The notes beneath the pieces were generated by a model, which worked only from the letters and a program-made list of their open reading frames with translations, was not told the DNA's origin and made no database searches. A stretch of DNA of 61,288 nt, the filler included. It is 4 parts of 4 records of this genome, joined end to end, with 100 filler letters (N's around TTAATTAATTAA, not from the genome) between each part and the next. Parts side by side here need not be neighbours in the genome. Positions count along the whole stretch, not along the records: positions 22,604 to 35,157 come from SRR31156797_11106; positions 35,258 to 52,149 come from SRR31156797_11120; 2 more parts are not named here. One strand, given 5' to 3'. Below are positions 29,442-38,703 of the stretch, in pieces. The position numbers were made by a program, and so were the translations under genes. Position 1 is the stretch's first letter. Every line of letters begins with the position of its first letter.

Positions 29442-31313
29442 CTATGCTGTGCCCCCATTACTCAGAGCATCAGCCAGAATACTTTTCAGCTGGTCACGTA
29501 GGCTGGATATCTCCTGTTGCTGGCTGACATATTTTTGCAGCAACTCATCAGGATCGTAGTTGATCTGCTCAGCTACATGAGGATTTTTGATATCAAGATT
29601 ATAAATGGGCCAATAATGACCATCTCCGGTTGACTTTACTTCTTTGGCCTTGGCAACCAATTTATCTGCGTTGTTCTTTAAAGCCTGGATTGAAAGTTCT
29701 AGACTTTTTGCCACTTTCAATTGTGTTGAACACTCAACAGCATCTTCTAAAGATTGGATAAGTACTTCATTGAAATCTCGTTGTTCCTGCTGTTTTTCAT
29801 CGGTCCTTAAATCCTCCAGTTGATCTAGTAGATATGTTTTAAGCTCTTTATCTTTTTTCCTACCAACAAGAGAATCTTGTAAACATTTTGCTTGTCTTCT
29901 AATCAATGAGGCCTGATTATTAAGCTCTTCAGCCTCATCCCAATGTGGTTGTGCCTTGGCGAGGGCATCCTCTCTCAGCTGTTTAAAATCAATTTTCCAA
30001 GCCTGTTCTGTCTCCTTCCGATCTTTAAACCCATTGGACTCATTGCCCCACCAATCTGCTATGGGCTGGAGCTCTTCGATACGTAACGGTTTCGTTTTAG
30101 AATAACTTTTTACTCCTTGAGGATAATGATGCTCGTAGAACCAGATGGTATCTGTTGGTTTCCCTTTAGTAAAAAAGAGAAGATTGGTTTTTATGCCGGT
30201 ATATGGGTTGAAAACACCATTTGGTAAACGAATAATGGTATGCAGATGACATTCCCGCATTAAAAGTTTCTTGATTTTGGCCTTTACCCCTTCACCAAAA
30301 AGAGTACCGTCAGGCAAAACAATGGCACCACGTCCGCCGTTGTCCTTGAGTAATTTCTTGATGATGAGCACAAGGAACATATCTGCTGTCTCACGGGTTT
30401 GGACGTCTGAAGGGAAATCAGTTCCCACTCCGTCGTCTTCCATCCCACCGAAAGGTGGATTGGTGATAACGCAATCAACCCGCTCTGGAAGCTTCCAATC
30501 ATTCCACCCCTTACCTAAGGTGTTACGATGTTTAATCATGCTTGGCACCTCAATACCGTGGAGCAGCATATTGGTCGTACACAGTAAATGGGGGAGCTGT
30601 TTTTTCTCTATCCCGCGAATACACTCGGCAATAGCCTTTCTATCCTCCGCACTTGATTTTTCGGTAAGTTGTTGTTCAAAATGTTCTATGGTTGCAGTAA
30701 GAAACCCGCCAGTTCCGCAGGCAGGGTCGAGAACAACCTCACGTTTTTTGAGGTTAGGATTAACCATCTGCACCATAAATTCAGTTACTGCTCGTGGGGT
30801 GTAGAATTCGCCAGCATTTCCGGCGCTACGCAAATCACTTAGTATCTGTTCGTAGATTGCACCAAGTTGACCACGGGTTTTGATGTCATGAAAGTTGATG
30901 GCTTCGTCAAGCTTCTCAATAATTCCAAGCATTAATGTGCCAGATTTCATAAAATTATTGGCATCAACAAAAACTTCCTGAACGACTTTGGCTTTTGGGT
31001 CATTCTCGATATTTAATTCTTTGAGGCTAGGAAAAACGATATTATTGACGTGTTGGATTAATCCACTCGCAGGGACCTGTGGTTTTCCATCTTTGAAAGC
31101 AGCCCAATTTCGCCACCGGCAATTATCAGGAAGTGAGGAAAGGAAAATTTCACCCCTATCTTCTGCGTCATCCTCCCATGTTTCTTCGCACTGATCAAAA
31201 ATCTTGAGAAAAAGCATCCAGGCGAGCTGACCGATACGCTGAGCATCCCCGTCAACGCCATCGTCTTTGCGCATAATATCCTGAATAGTTTTTATGGTAC
31301 TGCTGAGATTCAT
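29442..31313 (-). CDS. hsdM: Type I R-M N6-adenine methyltransferase with a large C-terminal helical insertion
   Basis: IQDIMRKDDGVDGDAQRI, GEFYTPR, DPACGTGGFL, TNPPFGG, YNLDIKNPH. Confidence 0.95.
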   Translation of the reverse strand: MNLSSTIKTIQDIMRKDDGVDGDAQRIGQLAWMLFLKIFDQCEETWEDDAEDRGEIFLSSLPDNCRWRNWAAFKDGKPQVPASGLIQHVNNIVFPSLKELNIENDPKAKVVQEVFVDANNFMKSGTLMLGIIEKLDEAINFHDIKTRGQLGAIYEQILSDLRSAGNAGEFYTPRAVTEFMVQMVNPNLKKREVVLDPACGTGGFLTATIEHFEQQLTEKSSAEDRKAIAECIRGIEKKQLPHLLCTTNMLLHGIEVPSMIKHRNTLGKGWNDWKLPERVDCVITNPPFGGMEDDGVGTDFPSDVQTRETADMFLVLIIKKLLKDNGGRGAIVLPDGTLFGEGVKAKIKKLLMRECHLHTIIRLPNGVFNPYTGIKTNLLFFTKGKPTDTIWFYEHHYPQGVKSYSKTKPLRIEELQPIADWWGNESNGFKDRKETEQAWKIDFKQLREDALAKAQPHWDEAEELNNQASLIRRQAKCLQDSLVGRKKDKELKTYLLDQLEDLRTDEKQQEQRDFNEVLIQSLEDAVECSTQLKVAKSLELSIQALKNNADKLVAKAKEVKSTGDGHYWPIYNLDIKNPHVAEQINYDPDELLQKYVSQQQEISSLRDQLKSILADALSNGGTA

Positions 31314-31340
31314 TTAATAATTCCTGTGTTCACAAGTGCA

Positions 31341-33797
31341 TCATGCACATATATCTTCATAAATTGCTTGTTCCAGTTCTGTGAGAGCTTGAGAATATTT
31401 ATCGTTTCCACCAAAGATTGTACGGCGAATCTGTGTCTTAGTTCCGAGATTATTAAAGGGCGGCAATTCAAGAATCTTTGGATCTTCAATATCAGCAATC
31501 CCGTGATCGGCATATTTTTCCAGCAGGGCATCAAGAACAATGCGAGCTTGGTCACCATATTTCGCAAAGTAATTTCTTTTTATTACCTTATCGGCACGCT
31601 CCTTCCGGGTAAGAGGTGGTTGGTCAAAAGCAATATGAGCAATGAGATCAAAAACATCAATTACAGCTCCAGAAGGAACAGCTTCACGAAGCACTGCAAG
31701 GGAAACTCCTTGCTCTTTTAACTCATCGAGAACCACTTTCTTTCGTTCAGCCTCACTCCAGCGTCGGAGAAAATCTTTCATAGAAACAAATTCTCGTCGT
31801 AGTGTTTTCTTAATTTCCTCTTTAAGAAGTACACGATAGTCTTCGGTTATGAGTTTTCCGTCCTTATCAAGGTATTGAGATCGCTCAATGGCTGTTGTTA
31901 CATCAACATCATCAATGACGTAACGAGTGCGTTCTTCTGTTTCGCCACCCCCACTTTCATCCTCTCCTCCGCTCTCCTCTTTTTTAGTTTCTTCACCAGG
32001 CGCTGGCTCCATACCGCATTCTTCATCATTTGCTGATTCATCATCGACCGGCGGGAGAATGGGATCGTCAGGACTTGGTTCATACACAGTGGCAGGCTCA
32101 CCATCAAAATCTTTGTCTTGGAAAAGACGGGTTGCCCCCTTAAAATCCATTATGGTGAAATAAAGTTTATTATAATCCTCACGTATACGGGTTCCCCTGC
32201 CTATAATTTGCTTAAACTGAGTCATTGATTTAATGTTTTGATCAAGGACAATCAGCTTACAAGTTTTCGCATCAACACCAGTGGACAGCAGCTTTGATGT
32301 GGTAGCAATCACGGGGTAAGGTTCGTCGTTGTCTATAAAATAGGATAATTGTGCTTTGCCCTCTTTATCGTCACCGGTCATGCGAACAACATAGCGCCGA
32401 TTGTTTGCAGCTTCGGGAATAAGTTTAACAAGCTCTTGCCTCATTCGTTCAGCATGTGGCTGATCATCACAAAAGATAATGGTCTTAGCTTTTGGATCAG
32501 TACCTTTGAGATATTCCCATACCCGTGTTGCTACGTATTGGGTCCGATTCGTAAGAATCATTTCACGATCAAAATCTTTTGTTGTGTATTGCCGTTGCTC
32601 TACAAGTTGTCCATGTTTATCCGTCTTTCCCTTTTCCGGTGTATAACCCAGAGCATCGACATCAGTCACTACCCGAATGACCTTATAGGGAGCGAGAAAA
32701 CCGTCTTCTATACCCTGTTTCAGGGAGTATGTGTAAATGGGATTTCCAAAATATTTGAGATTGTATTCAGGCTCCAGAATCTTTGTCTCACCTTTTTTAG
32801 GCTTTTTTTCCTTGGGAGTAGCTGTCATTCCAATATGAGTTGCTTCTGTGAAATAGTCTAACACCTCTCGCCATGCCGAGTCTTTGTTAGCACTTCCACG
32901 GTGGCACTCGTCAATAACTACAAGATCAAAAAAGTCTTTTTCAAATTGACGGTAAATTTGTTTCCATTCCTCTTTACCTGTAACTGCCTGATAGAGGCAG
33001 AGGTAGACCTCGTAGTTCTTTTTAACTGTACGGTTGGTGATTTTATGCATCACTTCACCAAACGGAGCAAAGTCCTGCTGGATAGTCTGATCAATCAAAA
33101 TATTACGATCAGCAAGAAAGAGAATACGTTTCTTTTTTTGGGCCTTCCAAAGTCGCCAGATAATTTGAAAAGCTGTGTAAGTCTTGCCTGTACCGGTCGC
33201 CATGACGAGAAGAATACGCTGTTGCCCTTTAGCAATTGCCTCAATGGTTCGATTTATAGCAACACGTTGGTAATAACGTGGTTCCATTCCACTACCATCT
33301 GAGTGGTATGGTTGGGTGAATAGTTCATTCTGTTCAGGCTGATTTATTCCTTTCCATTCTTTATAAATAGCCCAGAGGTCATCATAGCTTGGGAATTCGT
33401 CTAAGGTGAGTTCTCGTTCAGTTGGACTGGTAATTCCACTGGAATCATGTAGGAGAAATCCATCACCATTTGAACTGATTGCTATTGGGACATCGAGCAT
33501 ATCTGCGTAGACAAGTGCCTGTTGCATTCCTTGTCCCACTTCAAAGATATTTCTTTTGGCCTCAATGACCGCTATCGGAATATTAGCTTTTGCATATAAA
33601 ATGTAATCAGCCCGTTTCGGCCCACCTTTTGCTTTCGGACTCTTAAGCCGACGAGCTAAATTGCCACGCACAAGGATTCGGCCATCAGTTAGGCTGACTT
33701 CTTCACGGAACTGATTTTGTTGCCAGCCGGCAGCTTGAATAGCCGGAGTTATGAACTTAGTACAAATATCACGTTCACTGAGCTCTTTTTTATTCAT
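31341..33797 (-). CDS. hsdR: Type I R-M restriction subunit, EcoAI-like
   Basis: LSERDICTKFITPA, ADY..VIEAK, MATGTGKT, DECHRGSA, TATP, QIIGRGTR, EcoEI-type C-terminus. Confidence 0.95.
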   Translation of the reverse strand: MNKKELSERDICTKFITPAIQAAGWQQNQFREEVSLTDGRILVRGNLARRLKSPKAKGGPKRADYILYAKANIPIAVIEAKRNIFEVGQGMQQALVYADMLDVPIAISSNGDGFLLHDSSGITSPTERELTLDEFPSYDDLWAIYKEWKGINQPEQNELFTQPYHSDGSGMEPRYYQRVAINRTIEAIAKGQQRILLVMATGTGKTYTAFQIIWRLWKAQKKKRILFLADRNILIDQTIQQDFAPFGEVMHKITNRTVKKNYEVYLCLYQAVTGKEEWKQIYRQFEKDFFDLVVIDECHRGSANKDSAWREVLDYFTEATHIGMTATPKEKKPKKGETKILEPEYNLKYFGNPIYTYSLKQGIEDGFLAPYKVIRVVTDVDALGYTPEKGKTDKHGQLVEQRQYTTKDFDREMILTNRTQYVATRVWEYLKGTDPKAKTIIFCDDQPHAERMRQELVKLIPEAANNRRYVVRMTGDDKEGKAQLSYFIDNDEPYPVIATTSKLLSTGVDAKTCKLIVLDQNIKSMTQFKQIIGRGTRIREDYNKLYFTIMDFKGATRLFQDKDFDGEPATVYEPSPDDPILPPVDDESANDEECGMEPAPGEETKKEESGGEDESGGGETEERTRYVIDDVDVTTAIERSQYLDKDGKLITEDYRVLLKEEIKKTLRREFVSMKDFLRRWSEAERKKVVLDELKEQGVSLAVLREAVPSGAVIDVFDLIAHIAFDQPPLTRKERADKVIKRNYFAKYGDQARIVLDALLEKYADHGIADIEDPKILELPPFNNLGTKTQIRRTIFGGNDKYSQALTELEQAIYEDICA

Positions 33798-34227
33798 AGA
33801 TAAACCCTCAATCTTTCTTAGGATCTATTAATAATAATTTCAACCCCATAGCGTCATCCTCAGTATGAGCCTAATACGTCACAATTATTTGAAAAATTAA
33901 AATTTTGGTTATTTTAATAAAAACCCTTTCCATAAAACCCCACAACGTAACACCGAAAAATTATTACAAATCAATACTATACGTGATGGTACCATGGAAG
34001 TGAAATGTAGGGTATTTATAAGGGAATTTTTACGTTTTCTACACCAATAAGGTGCTTGGAGGGCCTTCACCTGTCTGCTAATCTAACAGAAAGCCTCAGA
34101 ACCGGACCCTTTAACCTTTTTAGCCCAGTCGGGGCGGCCTAGATCTCCCCCAGGAAAACATCTAAAAGAGATCTGATTCACTTCTTTGGTCATAATCAAG
34201 AATAGTATCAAAACTTGAAAGTAAAAA

Positions 34228-34270
34228 ACAACAACATTGCATTGCGCATGTTGTTGTGTATGTGTATAGT
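34228..34270 (+). promoter_or_regulatory. Sigma70-type promoter overlapped by a 10-bp inverted repeat
   Basis: TTGCGC (34242-47)-N17-TATAGT (34265-70); ACAACAACAT/ATGTTGTTGT perfect IR at 34228-37 and 34248-57. Confidence 0.55.
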
Positions 34271-34313
34271 TTGTCAAGAGGCACAGGCAAACTCTTACTA
34301 ACGAGGTATACAC

Positions 34314-34583
34314 ATGCAAGGCACTGAAAACTTAGTTCGTAAACAATATTTGATAGCTCCGCACCAAGTAGAAAAACTTCAACTCCTAGCCAAAAAGCAA
34401 AAAACTTCCGCAGCCGAAGTTGTACGTATGGCCATTGATGCATTTAACCCTGATATACCGGAAGAGTTGAATGAATCTGAATTGTTTGATCTGGTATCAG
34501 CAAGAGTTAAAGAAGCGATAGCAGACACCAAAACAACACGTAAACGCTTGAAAAAGACACTCGTTGCATTAGGGGAAAAATAA
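34314..34583 (+). CDS. Ribbon-helix-helix (CopG-like) protein
   Basis: VRKQYLI-x6-EKLQLLAKKQKTSAAEVVRMAIDAF beta-alpha-alpha pattern; GAGG RBS. Confidence 0.75.
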   Translation: MQGTENLVRKQYLIAPHQVEKLQLLAKKQKTSAAEVVRMAIDAFNPDIPEELNESELFDLVSARVKEAIADTKTTRKRLKKTLVALGEK

Positions 34584-34768
34584 TGGCTGGTTGGAAAGAA
34601 TTGCTAATCGATGTTTTAAAACTTACAGACGAAACTAAACGTTTAAACCAAGATATCGACAAACTACAATCCCATGTTGTTGATGTAGATAAAAGAGTTG
34701 TTCGCTTAGAAACCTTGGTTGAAGTAGCAAAATACAATACCGCCCAAGATAAAATTACTGGCGCTTAA
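34583..34768 (+). CDS. Small coiled-coil hypothetical protein
   Basis: TAATG stop/start overlap with the RHH gene; heptad pattern LNQDIDKLQSHVVDVDKRVVRLETLVE. Confidence 0.7.
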   Translation: MAGWKELLIDVLKLTDETKRLNQDIDKLQSHVVDVDKRVVRLETLVEVAKYNTAQDKITGA

Positions 34769-34893
34769 AACAGATAGTTTTGATTCAATGGAATATAAGC
34801 CTCCAGGAAAAAGAATAGAGGAATCAGGCACTGAGTTTATTCTAGACAACCCGGCATTATTTTTTCATATAAAATATTTAAAGCGGAAGTATA

Positions 34894-35127
34894 ATGTTGA
34901 TTAAAAATATCTCTATCGCTCTAACATTTATTGTTTTTTTGCAATTGTTGCCTTCTAATTCATGGGCTATCGTAGAGTATTCTTTAGATCTTAAAGGTGA
35001 TTTCCCCAAAGGTGACTCAAAGGAGTATTACATAGAATTCGTAGTTAGAAAAGGTAAGGATAAGTGGTTTATGGACGTTGGGCACGCATATGTCGTCTTG
35101 TACTGGTTCAGCGTGAATTGGAATTTT
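34894..35127 (+). pseudogene. Secreted hypothetical protein, apparently interrupted by an IS
   Basis: Signal peptide MLIKNISIALTFIVFLQLLPSNSWA; the frame runs into an IS-end-like sequence at 35128. Confidence 0.5.
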
Positions 35128-35157
35128 TGTCAATCAGCTTCCAATATTGACCCCTTG
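35128..35157. mobile_element. Probable IS21-family terminal inverted repeat
   Basis: TGTCAATCAGCTTCCAATATTGACCCC resembles IS21-family ends as recalled (TGTCAATCGGCGTnCAAnnnTGACCCC) and sits exactly at a contig break. Confidence 0.55.
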
Positions 35158-35257
35158 NNNNNNNNNNNNNNNNNNNNNNNNNNNNNNNNNNNNNNNNNNN
35201 NTTAATTAATTAANNNNNNNNNNNNNNNNNNNNNNNNNNNNNNNNNNNNNNNNNNNN
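35158..35257. other. Artificial contig linker
   Basis: N-run + TTAATTAATTAA + N-run. Confidence 0.97.
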
Positions 35258-35258
35258 A

Positions 35259-35777
35259 CAAACTAATTTATTAGCACTAAATGCAGCTATTGAAGCGGCA
35301 AGAGCAGGAGAAGCTGGTAGAGGTTTCGCAGTTGTTGCTGATGAGATTAGAAAACTTGCAGAGGGTACAGGACAGGAAACTAAAAAAATCGAGAAAATCA
35401 TTACTGAAATTCAAACTGAAGTTGAAAATGTTAAGCAATCTGGAGAAGCATCGTCAGAAAAAGTTATTGAAGGATTAGATTTAATGAAAATCTCTGAAGA
35501 AAACACAGTAAAGATTTCTGATTTAACTATTCAAAATAATACTCAAATAAACGAAATCATGAATGCATCACATGAACAGAGTTTAGCATCAAAAGAGATC
35601 ACTCTGGCAATCACAACTATTACAGAGAGTTCAACTGAAATAGAGTCATTGAGCCATGATACATCAGAAATTTCTGAAGAAATTCAAAAAATTCTAATGG
35701 AAAGACAACAAACTGTTGAAGAATTAGCTGAAATGGCTAAAGAACTGAAAAAAGATTTAGAGTTCTTCAAAGTTTAA
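35259..35777 (+). CDS. Methyl-accepting chemotaxis protein, C-terminal part
   Basis: [34 protein letters not shown] in frame with ORF 35484..35777. Confidence 0.95.
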   Translation, partial: QTNLLALNAAIEAARAGEAGRGFAVVADEIRKLAEGTGQETKKIEKIITEIQTEVENVKQSGEASSEKVIEGLDLMKISEENTVKISDLTIQNNTQINEIMNASHEQSLASKEITLAITTITESSTEIESLSHDTSEISEEIQKILMERQQTVEELAEMAKELKKDLEFFKV

Positions 35778-35809
35778 TATTATTTATAAAATAAATATTT
35801 TCTAATATC

Positions 35810-35838
35810 AAAAAAGCAGGAGATAATTCCTGCTTTTT
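35810..35838. terminator. Bidirectional terminator
   Basis: aaaaaagcagga-gataat-tcctgcttttt between convergent genes. Confidence 0.8.
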
Positions 35839-35868
35839 ACTTATATATAGTTTTTATTTAATCAATCT

Positions 35869-37014
35869 TTACTCAACTTGGCTTTTCATAATCCAGCCAA
35901 ACTCTTCTCCATATTTTATTAATATACAGTCTTCAAAAACAAGGCATACTTCAACTACATCACCTTTTTTCAGATCAAAAAAATTATTAACAAAACTTGT
36001 CTTAAGTTTGAAATTTCCACCATCTTCTTCGATTAAAGAATTAAAAACTGTGAACTTCTTACCACTTTCTATATGTTTGCACAAAGTCATGGCACTGCCT
36101 TTTTTTATGATTTCAAACTCATAATGTGGATAATTAACATATATTTTTTCTTCCATAGGAAATCTCTTACTTTTAGTTATTTCCATCTTAACAAAATTAT
36201 TTTCCTGTATATAGTCATAGGAAATTTCGCCGTTTCTTTTTTCAACTATAAAAGCATTTAATTCTCCGGCTGACTTTACTCCTAGACCACCATCTATTGA
36301 GATAATATTTTTTTCATCATTAAAAAACGGAATATTACTATGAGAATCATTTCTTAAATTACATGTCGGCCAATGGCCAACTACAACTTTTTTCTTTTGA
36401 ATTTCAGCCAATCTATTATAGTCATCAAATTTTAGAAATTTCCCCTCATCTTTTTTAATATTAAACTCACTATTATAACCACCGTGGACAAATATAAAAT
36501 CATCATTTTCAGCTATAATTGGCAGGTGTTTAATATATTCCAGAAATTCAGAGTGTTTTTCATTTACATGTTTTTGAAACTCTTCCCCTGTCTCAAAAGA
36601 CTCTAATTTTAGATCCGAAAACTCAAGTAACTCCTCAAGTACTGTTGAAAAGTTTTCCTCCTTTAGGAAATCTAAAAACATATCAGAAAACTCATGATTA
36701 GTTGTCCCAAAGTGGATAAAGAATTCATGGTTTCCTTTTAGAATAATCGTTCTCTCTCTTTTTTCAATTTCTCTAATATATTCATAAGTTTCAAAACTTC
36801 CAGGCCCTTTATTTATAAAATCACCAAGTATTATCAGGTAATCTCTCTCTTGCAAATCAACTTTAGCTATCAGCCTTTTTAATATATCAAGATGCCCGTG
36901 AACATCACTAATGGCAACTATTCTATAATTATCATTTTCAGCAATTTCAACTACTCTTCTTCGCACTATTATCATCCCTTTATTTACTAAAACTTTTAAA
37001 TATTTTATCACCAT
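35869..37014 (-). CDS. Calcineurin-like metallophosphoesterase with C-terminal extension (true start probably a few codons downstream)
   Basis: SDVHGH, LGDFINKG, KGNHE, FVHGG, VVGHWP, IDGG. Confidence 0.88.
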   Translation of the reverse strand: MVIKYLKVLVNKGMIIVRRRVVEIAENDNYRIVAISDVHGHLDILKRLIAKVDLQERDYLIILGDFINKGPGSFETYEYIREIEKRERTIILKGNHEFFIHFGTTNHEFSDMFLDFLKEENFSTVLEELLEFSDLKLESFETGEEFQKHVNEKHSEFLEYIKHLPIIAENDDFIFVHGGYNSEFNIKKDEGKFLKFDDYNRLAEIQKKKVVVGHWPTCNLRNDSHSNIPFFNDEKNIISIDGGLGVKSAGELNAFIVEKRNGEISYDYIQENNFVKMEITKSKRFPMEEKIYVNYPHYEFEIIKKGSAMTLCKHIESGKKFTVFNSLIEEDGGNFKLKTSFVNNFFDLKKGDVVEVCLVFEDCILIKYGEEFGWIMKSQVE

Positions 37015-38186
37015 TAACTCTCATTTACAAGTTCTTTCCCTAATACTCCAAAATAATCCTGATCCTCTTTCATGAAATGATCTAAGATTAATCTATGCGA
37101 TATAAATTTTAAAAGTTCTACATTGCTAAATTCACCTAATTTATATTTTATTAAATGTCTCTCAAGTTCAAATAATAAATTAAAGTGAGATTTTTTATGT
37201 TTATCATAATTTTCGTATTTATACTTTAATAGTATTTCCTCTTCATTTTTAAAATGCTCTTTGGTTTTTGATTTAATTTCATCCAGTTTTTTCTCAATTT
37301 CATGATATTCGGATTTTGATAAAATTAAATCAATAAGTTTATTCGTCAAATTATATAGCTCCATATGCTGCGAATCAATCAGTTCGTTATTTGACATATA
37401 ATTTTTTGACCATTTAAGTCTCAACTCATTTATCTCTTCATTTATATCTCTCGGGAAATCTTTTGCAATAACTTGATTTCTTCCATTTTCTTTTGCATCT
37501 TTTAATGCTTCCTCAGTTCTGTTATTAAGTGTTTCAAATTTTTCACCTTTATTGTATTCACTTACACCTATACTCACTGTCACATAGCCAATATTTTCAA
37601 ACTCAAATTTCGAAATAATTCCTCTCAGTTTTTCTGCTAGTTCAATCGCATTTGTTAAATCAGTATTATTTGCTAATATTAAGAATTCTTTTCCTCCCCA
37701 TCTTGCTGAAATATCAATTGCACGTGTATTCTTATTTATTAATTTTGCTATTTGTTGAAGTACAAAATCTCCAACTGAACTCCCAAATTTCTCGTTTATA
37801 TTTTTGAAATAATCTATATCTATAAGTAAGATACTAAAAGGAGTTTCATACCTTTTATTCCTTATTAACTCCTCTTCTATTTTTTGATTAATCGTTCTTC
37901 TATTAATTAGTCCTGTTAAACTATCTCTGGTACTTAGTTCTTCAAGTTCATTGTTTTTTTCCGCAAGTTCAGCTCTTAATGATTCTACTTCCATTTTCAT
38001 TTTATGCAAAATGTGTCTTCTATAAAGCAAAAATATTACTACTTTTAAGATAAATATTAATGCAACTGAAATTAATATATGCCATTTATATTGATTTAAA
38101 TCGAAAATATTATTTTGATCTGAAGCATCAGCCAAAGATGTTATAATCATTAGTAGCAGTAAAATCAACTTTTTCATTGAAATCAA
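37014..38186 (-). CDS. Membrane-anchored GGDEF-domain (GGKEF variant) plus hemerythrin protein
   Basis: DSLTGLINRR, IDIDYFKNIN, RAID-x5-GGKEF, VTVSIGV, AKENGRN; hemerythrin ligands DSQH, HFKNEE, HKKSH, HFMKED. Confidence 0.9.
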   Translation of the reverse strand: MISMKKLILLLLMIITSLADASDQNNIFDLNQYKWHILISVALIFILKVVIFLLYRRHILHKMKMEVESLRAELAEKNNELEELSTRDSLTGLINRRTINQKIEEELIRNKRYETPFSILLIDIDYFKNINEKFGSSVGDFVLQQIAKLINKNTRAIDISARWGGKEFLILANNTDLTNAIELAEKLRGIISKFEFENIGYVTVSIGVSEYNKGEKFETLNNRTEEALKDAKENGRNQVIAKDFPRDINEEINELRLKWSKNYMSNNELIDSQHMELYNLTNKLIDLILSKSEYHEIEKKLDEIKSKTKEHFKNEEEILLKYKYENYDKHKKSHFNLLFELERHLIKYKLGEFSNVELLKFISHRLILDHFMKEDQDYFGVLGKELVNES

Positions 38187-38253
38187 ACCCCTTTCAACTA
38201 TTCAGTCCTATATTAATATTTTACTTATTTTATGCTTAATTTCCTTGCATTAT

Positions 38254-38634
38254 CTATATCCACTCACGCTCTTTATATAGTTTATATCCAATTTCCAAAG
38301 CTTCTTTCAGCTGTTGTTCCAAAGTTTCATCATATTTTTTTATATGAAAACATGATTTTCCTTTTAGTAATTTGAGTAGTTCTGCTCCAAACACTTCTTT
38401 CAAATCACTATCAGAGTAAACCGGCATATAATAAAATCCAACATAATTTTTCTGAATAATTATACCAGCAAAATAAACCTCTTTTCTTTTTCTATCAGCT
38501 ATTACTAAATCCTTTTCTGACCACAAATGATACTCTCTTTTAGCTTCAATTTTTGATCTTACTACTAATGGATTCTCATACTTCTTTAATAGGTCCTGTA
38601 TTTTTTCAAAAATTTCATTTAAGTCCTGTTTCAT
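38254..38634 (-). CDS. DUF1801/YdhG-like protein
   Basis: YFAGIIIQKNYVGFYYMPVY, LKGKSCFHIKK. Confidence 0.7.
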   Translation of the reverse strand: MKQDLNEIFEKIQDLLKKYENPLVVRSKIEAKREYHLWSEKDLVIADRKRKEVYFAGIIIQKNYVGFYYMPVYSDSDLKEVFGAELLKLLKGKSCFHIKKYDETLEQQLKEALEIGYKLYKEREWI

Positions 38635-38703
38635 TTTAACTCCTCCTGATAATAAAAAGAAAATTCCCTATTGCTAGAGAATTCTACTCAATGATTTTTT
38701 TAT

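Noticed and set aside
30271-33302. Long plus-strand ORFs (177, 131, 170 and 133 aa) opposite hsdM/hsdR
   Set aside because: Antisense shadows of well-supported genes with no recognisable motifs; the same applies to the other nested or antisense ORFs in the track.
34120-34155. Resemblance of CCAGTCGGGGCGGCC to part of tRNA-Sec
   Set aside because: No TCA anticodon loop, no GTTCGA T-loop and no acceptor stem.
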